A stretch of DNA of 63,779 nt, the filler included, from Welwitschia mirabilis (Eukaryota), in NCBI GenBank assembly GCA_051453625.1. It is 7 parts of one record of this genome, joined end to end, with 100 filler letters (N's around TTAATTAATTAA, not from the genome) between each part and the next. Parts side by side here need not be neighbours in the genome. Positions count along the whole stretch, not along the records: positions 43,868 to 58,358 come from JBOZIK010000001.1; positions 58,459 to 60,466 come from JBOZIK010000001.1; positions 60,567 to 62,020 come from JBOZIK010000001.1; positions 62,121 to 63,779 come from JBOZIK010000001.1; 3 more parts are not named here. One strand, written 5' to 3'. The notes below the pieces were generated by a model that saw only the letters and a list, made by a program, of their open reading frames with translations, did not search any database and was not told the origin of the DNA. Shown here one piece after another: positions 53,151 through 63,779 of this stretch. Position 1 is the stretch's first letter; every line of letters begins with the position of its first letter. The position numbers and the translations under genes were made by a program.

Positions 53151-56029
53151 TTGTTCTTTAAAATGAGAAGAAACCATTGATAACATCTTATCCAACCGCA
53201 TTTTGGTGTTCTTTAAAAAATTAGATGAGGTATCCATCGCATCTTGGGGCCATGTTATTTGGTTAACAAAAGACATGTCCTTATTTCTTCCTTTATTACC
53301 TAAGCATTCAAAAAATGTAATCTGGTCTTGGATTCAGTTCGCTGTTACCCAATTAGATACAATTTCACTATCTTTATTAATATTATTTTTGTAAAAAAAA
53401 AATATTTAAAGTCAGAGCATATCATATTTGTTAGACCCTAATACCCAAGATAGTTTTTTAATTATGACAAAACAGAAATATTAGGAGCAAAGTTAGACAT
53501 TATTATTCAAAGTTGATGAAGCCACTTCGTCATACAATGAAGAAAAAAGGAAAGGAGAAAAATGATTAGCAACATAGTAAACTAAGGGGAAAAATAGGAT
53601 TGATAGAGGTTACTCTAAATTTAAAGAAAAAAGAAATTAAAAAGGTGAAGAAAAGCAAATCATATCGAGAAGTAAAGGAGCACCAATTACAATCTTTGAC
53701 AATAATGCCAAAAAATTTCTATGCCTTGAGAAATGATATTAGGAAAAATACTAAGATATTCCTTATGCTATATAATGTGCTCCATAACTAGAGACATATA
53801 CCTTAGCTATCAAGATAAAAGGTAGTAATTTTAAATAAAACTGAGAATTATAAAATGTAATATATGTAAATATAAATTGTTGTTCACTCAAAAGGACTAC
53901 AAAGAACATAAATAGTCATTTCATTATTATTTATGTAAATCAATTCATAAAATGAAATGAAAATGAATAGAGTGATTTTAAGGAAAAGAAAAAAGGACAG
54001 ATGGACACTTCTTTTCTTAATAATGAAAAATCATCATTATCAGAAGACAATTTCAAGCAATTCTAAATTTGAAAAAAGAATTACAATGACCATTGTCATT
54101 AGCTTAACTTAACAAGATCAGCCATAAAAGATATAAGAGTACTATGGGTTATTAATGAATTATTTACTAAGGCCTTAAATGTTTCTATGATGTATAAAAG
54201 ATAAGTAATTTAAAATAATATTTCCATTGTTTAATAATGGATTATATTATAATGTAACATAAGAAACGAAAATCATGATAGATATTCTTGAATTTAATAC
54301 ATATATCATATTGACCTAAAAAGTCTAATAAATCATTAAAGTAACAATTGTTGAACAATAACAATAGAAAGAACATTCAAGATCTATTATTATATTATGA
54401 GAAATTATAAATGCCTTAATGATTTAACTAAAATAAAAACATCTAATCAAAGATGAAATTTGATTATCAAATAATAAAAAGATACAAAAATATAATAATC
54501 CCATTATGCTTAACAAGGGATTTTTTACATTAAATAATTACCTTCTCATGCTTAAGAAATAAGTTAAAAAAACACTCATGATATAACAAGTCCTTATGAT
54601 AGTTATGGAAGCCGTCAATGGATTAATGAAGGATGAGGGATTGCTAAGATGTGTTATTAAAGATGAATCACAAATGATGAAATTTAGAATCAAGTAATGC
54701 ATAAGACAAAATACTAGATGAGATATCTCTAATTCTTAGGATGATATCTAATTTCATAGAATTACAATTAGCATTTTACATCACTTTAACTAAATAACAC
54801 ATTAANNNNNNNNNNNNNNNNNNNNNNNNNNNNNNNNNNNNNNNNNNNNNNNNNNNNNNNNNNNNNNNNNNNNNNNNNNNNNNNNNNNNNNNNNNNNNNN
54901 NNNNNTTTAACTAAATAGCACATTAAATTCTAATAAGATTGATATTTATTGATCATGAAGTGAAGCAAGTTAATCTTTATTATTAATTTTTTAATTTTTT
55001 AACATTTTTCTCTTTTCTACTAGTTAACAATTTATTGTTCAAGACTCACTCTTATTTATTAAGGAAATGGAATTCACAAGGCTCTTAAATCATGAAATCA
55101 TAAGTTCCCTAGATGGTGGTGTTTATATGATTTAACATTATTTCTTTAAGTGAGTCTTAGATGGAATAGATTAACTAACATAATAAATTATAATATATAA
55201 TAATTCATCATATATATTTGTTAAAAAATTGCATTAAAACTTTACTACTAAAACATGATGATGAAATATTACATTAAATTATTTAAATAAATATTTTTTA
55301 CAGGATAAAAATAAAAAATCAAGTTAAAATTATAAATGAAAGAAAAGTTAATTTCTAGCAACATGGAAATGAAGATAAAATTACCTTTTAGTATGGAATG
55401 GAAAGATAAAATTTTAGGATTTCTATTGACTAAAGAGTATAAAATCAAAGCTACCTAATGCAAGATAAAGAAGATAGTACAATATTTTAAGATGAAGATT
55501 ATTAATCAAAATATATAGTTTGAAAAATGTACACTTTAGTATGAATTGAAGTGACTCAAATGTCATAACCTATTGAAGACTCATGAGAGGAGAATTAGAA
55601 NNNNNNNNNNNNNNNNNNNNNNNNNNNNNNNNNNNNNNNNNNNNNNNNNNNNNNNNNNNNNNNNNNNNNNNNNNNNNNNNNNNNNNNNNNNNNNNNNNNN
55701 TGACTCAAATGTCATAACCTATTGAAGACTTATGAGAGGAGAATTAGAATTGATTTTCATAAAGAATATTGTAACCAAAATTTAAGAATGGTATAGGAAA
55801 TAAAGATGCAATGTGGTGCAAATATGACTAAATCTAAATGCAATGATAAATGAATTCTAAAACTATTTTTTTCAATCTTAATGAAGACTACCCTTAAGAC
55901 CTATATTGTTAATAAAATTATTACTAGATTAAGGACAATATAAATAATAAGAAAAATATAATAGACTTAAATACACAATTGAAATAGAGTTTTTGTATTA
56001 AGATAGAACCAACATCTAGGTNNNNNAAT

Positions 56030-58338
56030 AGCTGAGCCTCAATGGAGGATTCATAACCCTTTACTAAAGAACTATTTTTCTGCAACTTGGGAGATGGATC
56101 TTCTACCTTCGGTCTCTTATCACAAGATTATCTAGTGCATCGAAGATGGAGAGGAGAGTCGAAGGATATATTATTTATAAGATTGAGAAATAAAACTAAC
56201 ACATAAAAGGTGTTGTAAAGTGCACTCAATTACAATAAAGAAATAGATGAAATGGACAAAGTTAGGCTAGTGGTTACAACTATCATCCTGGCTATCATCT
56301 AGATGACATGAGTGGATGACAAATCTTAAGAAAGGATGACTCAGTAATTCTGGCTTTAGTCCATATTAGCATTTCCATGTGACATCTATAGTGCTATTAT
56401 TCTGGCTCTCATGCGAACAATGGAGGGTACGACAGTCATTTTTATCTTTTTCACTAGAGAGAAGTTTCCCTTTTATATCAATGATTTTCGTTCTAAAGAC
56501 ATATGCATCAAAATGTTTCTTAAATATCTCTAATCATGCAAAGAATTGCATATTTTGAAGATCTTCTATTAATTCTCCATAATCCTTAGAATTACATTTA
56601 AACCTATGTAAATATCCTATAAAACAGCTCATGAATCCCATTAAATACACACAATTTGGTAATGCATCATAGCCTCCCACTTAGCCTTTTTTAGTTCCTA
56701 ACAAAAACCAAGTGAACAACTACAAATGCAAGCTAAATTATCTTAAAGAAAATCAATCTAAAAATTATAAAACAGGCTCATAAATAATCTCAAACACATC
56801 CTATAGCAAAATAATATGTAATGCATCATGTATATAGAGTGAAAATTTAAAAATTATGTCTCATGAAAGGAAAAGTTTATGAAAATAAGCCATAAAATTG
56901 GGTCTTATCCCTCTAAAAAAGATAATACATCTCATATTTGCTAATAGAGTAAAGAAAGTGGATGAGAGTGATAAGGTAGATGATGGGTGTTTTTGAATTT
57001 GGCCAACTTTTGAAATTAACTGTAAAGCTAAGTATGTTAGATTTGAAAAATAGAGATGTATGAAATATTCTAACAAGCATGGAAAGAGTGGATAATGGAA
57101 ATGTGCTAAGTAGGATGAGGCTAATCCATGAATGCCCAATAAATGTTCTATCACAAAAATGATTAAGAGCATCATTTACAACTCTAAAAGACTAAAAATA
57201 AACATCACAAAATTATTAAGAAAATTTANNNNNNNNNNNNNNNNNNNNNNNNNNNNNNNNNNNNNNNNNNNNNNNNNNNNNNNNNNNNNNNNNNNNNNNN
57301 NNNNNNNNNNNNNNNNNNNNNNNNNNNNNNNNNNNNNNNNNNNNNNNNNNNNNNNNNNNNNNNNNNNNNNNNAACATAAAGAAGATAGCCTAACTATTTA
57401 AAATTTTAACCTATAAGACTTTCATGAAAGAATTAATAACTTGACTTTAAAATACATGACTTGATGTATAAAAAATTCTATTCGATGAGGTAGTGTTTAT
57501 GATGATGCTAAAAATTGAATGCTGTAAATAATAAATGATAAAACCAAAGAGTTCCTCAAAAATGAACTCACATTCTTACGTCTCAAAACAAACACCTAAA
57601 TATTAAGAAATAAAATGATCATGTGGAAATATGAAGAGTTTAGAAAATAGGTAATGCTTCTGATAATACCAGGAACACTACTAAACCCATAGGCTTCATG
57701 TTTTTATTATTTTATTATCTAATTATCTATGATGAGGGGAGTGTAACCACAGTTAGAGAAGTGAGGACCCATGAAGCATGGTTAATGGATCCCTCAGTGG
57801 AGTTTCTGTAGCTACCATATTACACTGCCAAAGGCCCTCTTAAAAAAATTTGCTGTAGTATACTTGTGGTAGGAAATCATGGTGATCATGTTTCTGAGTT
57901 ATCCTAAATATAAAACATCATGGTCTTGGTTCACTTTTTTTNNNNNNNNNNNNNNNNNNNNNNNNNNNNNNNNNNNNNNNNNNNNNNNNNNNNNNNNNNN
58001 NNNNNNNNNNNNNNNNNNNNNNNNNNNNNNNNNNNNNNNNNGAAATCATGGTGATCTTGTTTCTGAGTTATCCTAAATATAAAACATCATGGTCTTGGTT
58101 CACTTTTTTTTTAAATAAAAACATTTTGCATGATCAAACACTCCAAAATAAAAAGGTAAAGTTATAAGATAAAGATAGAAAAGAATACCCTTGGACAATC
58201 TAAGACATTCTCATAATTAAGGAAAATACAAAAATAAAGCATCTTCCTTTAAACTGAATTTCATAGATGTGTGAATGTCTTAAGATTAGGTGAATTTGAT
58301 CTCACCATTTTAAAATACCCAGGTCAAAGAATAGTCAT
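56030..58338 (-). mobile_element. LTR (to about 56668) plus 3' internal region of an Athila-like element
   Basis: The terminus ...aatttggtaatgcatca resembles family A ends and is followed by tagcctcccactt (PPT-like on minus). The internal part recurs inverted at 60610-61400. Confidence 0.5.
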
Positions 58339-60609
58339 GGAAATAAATACATAAGTCANNNNNNNNNNNNNNNNNNNNNNNNNNNNNNNNNNNNNNNNNN
58401 NNTTAATTAATTAANNNNNNNNNNNNNNNNNNNNNNNNNNNNNNNNNNNNNNNNNNNNAATGTAATGCAATGTAATGAAATAAAATGTAATGTAATGAAT
58501 GCAATTATAATGCATAGAATTAATTAAACTTCTAATATATTATCACTTAGATTTATCCTTATAATCTATATAAATTACAAATTCATGTCACTTAAATTGC
58601 AATTAAGATAAGCTATAAGAAAGAATAAGAAAATATTTCAATTTAATCAATTCTTTTATTAATGAAATTGAATTACATCCACTTATGATAATTCCTCATC
58701 AATGGAAGATTCACTGTCTAATACTAAGTGGTCCTTCTCATAAGTAGGATAGATCTCCTTATCTCTAACAATCTCCAATTGTCACAACAATGTAGATGCA
58801 AAAGATAAACTTGAATAGGGTCTAAAAGGATTTATTTATAAGTTGGGACAGGTCGCTAAACGGTGTAAAACAAAGAGGTACACATTAGATCCATCCTTTC
58901 TTTATAATTTAATTAAGTTTATAAATAATTTTGACTATCATCCATCGTGTCATCCCCAGGACATAGAGGATGACACTCCATCTGCTAACTAATGCTTAGT
59001 ACATGTTAAAAATGTTGACTTTTATCTTGATCATTGTCCCCACAAAATAGAGCATGACCATACTATTCTAACTGTCATTTTCTCTATCATCACTATGACA
59101 TGGAGGGTGATCAATATATCTTCATCACATGGCTTTGATCCTTTATCATTTAAAAATGAATTCTTATTTGGGAAATTATTGCATATTTTGACCTACATGG
59201 AAGCTTTGTATAATTTTCATAAATCCCTAAAAAACCTATCAATAGGATNNNNNNNNNNNNNNNNNNNNNNNNNNNNNNNNNNNNNNNNNNNNNNNNNNNN
59301 NNNNNNNNNNNNNNNNNNNNNNNNNNNNNNNNNNNNNNNNNNNNNNNNNNNNNNNNNNNNNNNNNNNNNNNNNNNNNNNNNNNNNNNNNNNNNNNNNNNN
59401 NNNNNNNNNNNNNNNNNNNNNNNNNNNNNNNNNNNNNNNNNNNNNNNNNNNNNNNNNNNNNNNNNNNNNNNNNNNNNNNNNNNNNNNNNNNNNNNNNNNN
59501 NNNNNNNNNNNNNNNNNNNNNNNNNNNNNNNNNNNNNNNNNNNNNNNNNNNNNNNNNNNNNNNNNNNNNNNNNNNNNNNNNNNNNNNNNNNNNNNNNNNN
59601 NNNNNNNNNNNNNNNNNNNNNNNNNNNNNNNNNNNNNNNNNNNNNNNNNNNNNNNNNNNNNNNNNNNNNNNNNNNNNNNNNNNNNNNNNNNNNNNNNNNN
59701 NNNNNNNNNNNNNNNNNNNNNNNNNNNNNNNNNNNNNNNNNNNNNNNNNNNNNNNNNNNNNNNNNNNNNNNNNNNNNNNNNNNNNNNNNNNNNNNNNNNN
59801 NNNNNNNNNNNNNNNNNNNNNNNNNNNNNNNNNNNNNNNNNNNNNNNNNNNNNNNNNNNNNNNNNNNNNNNNNNNNNNNNNNNNNNNNNNNNNNNNNNNN
59901 NNNNNNNNNNNNNNNNNNNNNNNNNNNNNNNNNNNNNNNNNNNNNNNNNNNNNNNNNNNNNNNNNNNNNNNNNNNNATTTAGGACCTTATCATTTAGTAG
60001 CTTTCATTATCATTTAGGACCTTATCATTTAGTATTTTTCTTATTGTTATTTTCATTTTGACTTATGTTGTTATATCAATAAAAGTTAACTTTCTTTTAC
60101 CATTTTAATTAGATGATCTTCTCTTATTCTTAGATGATTTCTTTACAATTTTTATGAAATTCCTTTGCATCTCTTGAAGTTCTACATATTTTCATGATTA
60201 TTTTTTAGTTTGGGCACACTTGTTTAATTTTTTTTGTTAGGCTTCCTCCTACTTAGTACATTTTCATTACTTTATCCTTTGATTCTTTTAACTCTTTTTA
60301 ATTTTGTATCCCGTTCATTATGATTCTTTACCATTCCCCATTTTTTGAGTTTTCTCATTAAATATGATACCTTTACATTAATAACTGAGCCAAACTTGTT
60401 CAGCTGGAATTTTCATTTTTGTGAATTTTTTTAAAGTGTCATCATTTCCAAGTCGTCTAAACAACANNNNNNNNNNNNNNNNNNNNNNNNNNNNNNNNNN
60501 NNNNNNNNNNTTAATTAATTAANNNNNNNNNNNNNNNNNNNNNNNNNNNNNNNNNNNNNNNNNNNNACTTGAACATCTTTAAACTTAACTAATGTTTTAC
60601 TTTATATAG

Positions 60610-61400
60610 TTATCATAACTGGTAAATATTTTACTTAGGTATTTAGAAGTGATAAGATTGGATTCACCTAATCTTAAGACATTCATATGTCTATGAACTT
60701 CATTTTAAAGAAAGATGCCTTAGTTCTTCCATTCTCTCTCAATGGTATAAGTTTTTAGTTATTTAAATATGTCCTTTCTTATTTCTCCTCTCATTACTTC
60801 ATCCTTATTCTTAAGAGTACTTGGTCATGTAGGATTTATTTCAAAAAAAGGAAAAAAAAAATAATGATAATCATGATCCTTCATATCTAAGCTAAAAATA
60901 TGATAACCATAATGCACTATTGCATCGGGTTAAATTTTCCTAATAAGAATCTTTGATAGTATTGGTAGCTATGAGAACTTCACTAAGGAATCAGTTGACC
61001 ATGCTTAATATGTCCTTACTCCTCTAATAGTGGTTATACTCCCCTCATCATGAAAATAATTATCACTTAAAGGCTATGATATCAGTGATGTACATGGTGC
61101 CATTAGAGGCATTTCTTATTTTTTAGACTCATTATGCATATAGTACTTCTACATGACCATTTCAGTTTTTTCCCCAAAAATTTCAATGTGATTTTGGGGT
61201 GTGAAAAGGTAACTCCATTTTTGAGTAGCTTTTTTTCTTATCATTCATTGATTAAAAATATTAGATATTCTTAACATCATAATAATCATTGTATGTTCGA
61301 GTAGTACTTTATTAAGTTTTTACATTATGTCAAGTATAATTCATTACTAATTTCATGATTTCTACTAAGGGACTTTACTTGATTAGAATTTAGGGTAGGT
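60610..61400 (+). repeat. diverged inverted copy of 57420-58338
   Basis: ttcacctaatcttaagacattca is the reverse complement of tgaatgtcttaagattaggtgaa (58272). tggttatactcccctcatca matches the reverse complement of tgatgaggggagtgtaacca (57730). Confidence 0.75.
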
Positions 61401-63779
61401 ACACAATCTTCGTCATATTTCTAGTTGTTAATTTTCATTTTGCTTTCCTTAATCATTTCACTTAGTATTTCATAGTTATTTTCATACTTTTTTGTCACAA
61501 TATTCAGGAATTCATTATTTAGTGATTTTCTTGTTATCTTTTTGTTTTATTTTCACTTGCAATTTTTATCTATAAAGATTGACTTTTATTTTAGCACTTT
61601 GTCTATGTTCCTTTAGAATCGTTTTTACACATCAACTTATAANNNNNNNNNNNNNNNNNNNNNNNNNNNNNNNNNNNNNNNNNNNNNNNNNNNNNNNNNN
61701 NNNNNNNNNNNNNNNNNNNNNNNNNNNNNTGATACCCTTTTCTCTTCCTTGAGTTCTCTCTAATTTTAGCTCCTTCACCTCTTAGCTTTTATCTATTTCT
61801 TGGACTTTATGATGACTTTCTAATACTTCATTATTGCTATCATTGACTATCCAATTCTACATGGACTTTACTATTTTACAATTTTTTTTTATTTGATCAT
61901 CATCCTACTTATGTTGTCTAGATAATAACTTGGATGATAACAACTTCTCCTTTCATTATCATAGGTATTAGTTCATCTATTAGGAGGAAAAAATATTTGA
62001 TGATATTTTTGAGCAAACATNNNNNNNNNNNNNNNNNNNNNNNNNNNNNNNNNNNNNNNNNNNNTTAATTAATTAANNNNNNNNNNNNNNNNNNNNNNNN
62101 NNNNNNNNNNNNNNNNNNNNTAATTAAACCTAATTTAATTGATTAAATTATAATGTACTTTTTAGAGAAGAGATTTATTTTTTCAGAGGCGAGATTCTCT
62201 GTCCTTGCACAGGGTCGAGTAACCTGTTCAGTAAGTTAAGGTCACAGTGAGATGAGCTGTTTATCATCACGATAGGTATCAAGGAAAAGGTATAAAAGGT
62301 CAAATTCTATAATCTCTACTTTTTATGTTTAATATTCTTTTGTTCACATGATATGGCTTATTGACTTATTAATATAATCAAGAGAAATCTTGCTCCCATA
62401 AAATTCTTAAAAACATAAAACATAATATAAAAGTAGATTTAATCTTTTTCAATCAAATTTTCTAATTTTGGAGGCATAAAGTAAAACAAATCTTAAAAAG
62501 ATACTTTAAAAATAAGAAAAATATTTTCTTGAAACTACAAGTAAACTTAAATTCTACCTTAGTTGTACTAATAGAGTGATCATTTANNNNNNNNNNNNNN
62601 NNNNNNNNNNNNNNNNNNNNNNNNNNNNNNNNNNNNNNNNNNNNNNNNNNNNNNNNNNNNNNNNNNNNNNNNNNNNNNNNNNNNNNNNNNNNNNNNNNNN
62701 NNNNNNNNNNNNNNNNNNNNNNNNNNNNNNNNNNNNNNNNNNNNNNNNNNNNNNNNNNNNNNNNNNNNNNNNNNNNNNNNNNNNNNNNNNNNNNNNNNNN
62801 NNNNNNNNNNNNNNNNNNNNNNNNNNNNNNNNNNNNNNNNNNNNNNNNNNNNNNNNNNNNNNTTTTTTCCTAGCTTAAATATAATCTAAAAGAAAAAAAC
62901 TATTCTAAAGAAAAATCTAATCTAAAATAATAAACTGAAACTAAAATTTTTGAAACGGATTTATCAAGGTAATACTTGAAAAGTAATTCACAAGTGTGGA
63001 AATAAAGGTTAAATGAATTAAAACTTTGTAAAGCATGTTGAATTTGAAGAGAATCCATGTAAATTTTCATGCAGGATTTTATAAAATCAAGAAGAACATT
63101 AACATAAGTAGTAAAATTTATGTGTTTAAATTCAGAAATAGTCTATCATTTAACTTGTTTATATTTATTCAATAAATCATGAAAGATATCATTTTAAGGT
63201 AAAGACAAAGATGACTTAGAGAACATTAAAGAAAGTAAATATACATTAAAATTTTTTTCAAAAGATGGTTCCAAAGTTAATGAAGATTAATCTTTTTGAT
63301 TGAAGCTTGAGTCTTACATCTTAATAAATAAAGATAAAAATGAACTAGTTATCTTAAGAAGTTATTGAAAAAACACAAAGGTCCTTCATAGAACGGATCA
63401 TATATGGGCTTTTTGTTAATTTTCTTCTCTTTATTAAGAGTGATAGGGGATTCTTTTTTATGTGGTTGTGTAAGTAAAAATGATTGTAATTCAATGTTCT
63501 CCTTATTAATATTACTCATCCTATGTTATGTAATTCTTTATATTTTAGCCTTTCTTAAATGATTGCCCATCTTCTAATGATTTCTCATCCTCTGATATGT
63601 GTCATCCTCTATCAAAATATAAATTTTTCATGAATAATTAATTATTCTTTGGTGCATTATTAAACTCAAGGTTCTTATGAATTTTCTTATTAATTTCTTC
63701 CTCATTCCTAAAGGGTTTGTTTTGAGTATCATTAGTTTCACTATTCTTAGTCTTTTGAAGTTTTTCAAAACTAATGGGT

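Noticed and set aside
53500..55600. Possible DNA-transposon coding remnant
   Set aside because: Too eroded; I could not read any diagnostic motif.

Overview
Eukaryotic (land-plant) nuclear DNA from a gappy draft scaffold. It is very AT-rich and strongly CpG-depleted. The only credible host gene is a minus-strand, 7-coding-exon bHLH transcription factor of subfamily XII (CIB/ACE, bHLH49/62/78-like), CDS 39704-37643, predicted 395 aa, in a CpG-retaining island at about 36.5-40.9 kb. Nearly everything else is old, nested, C>T/G>A-eroded transposon debris: Athila-like and chromovirus-like Ty3/gypsy elements, L1-like LINEs, a Sirevirus-like LTR and several copies of one TGTTG...CAACA LTR family. 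I see no prokaryotic-type system (no CRISPR, operon or RNA gene) and cannot claim a new biological system. The best leads are: (1) a complete 3.84-kb pol-less LTR element with an AATAT target-site duplication and a ~1.4-kb array of drifting 51-bp units; (2) a CpG-preserving stretch inside a dead LINE about 11 kb upstream of the bHLH gene; (3) possible post-transcriptional controls on the bHLH gene (uORF in a hairpin, stop-free in-frame intron in the basic region, orphan 3' acceptor); (4) a ~100-bp diverged direct duplication flanking an LTR fragment. TE boundaries were read by eye and are approximate unless stated otherwise.
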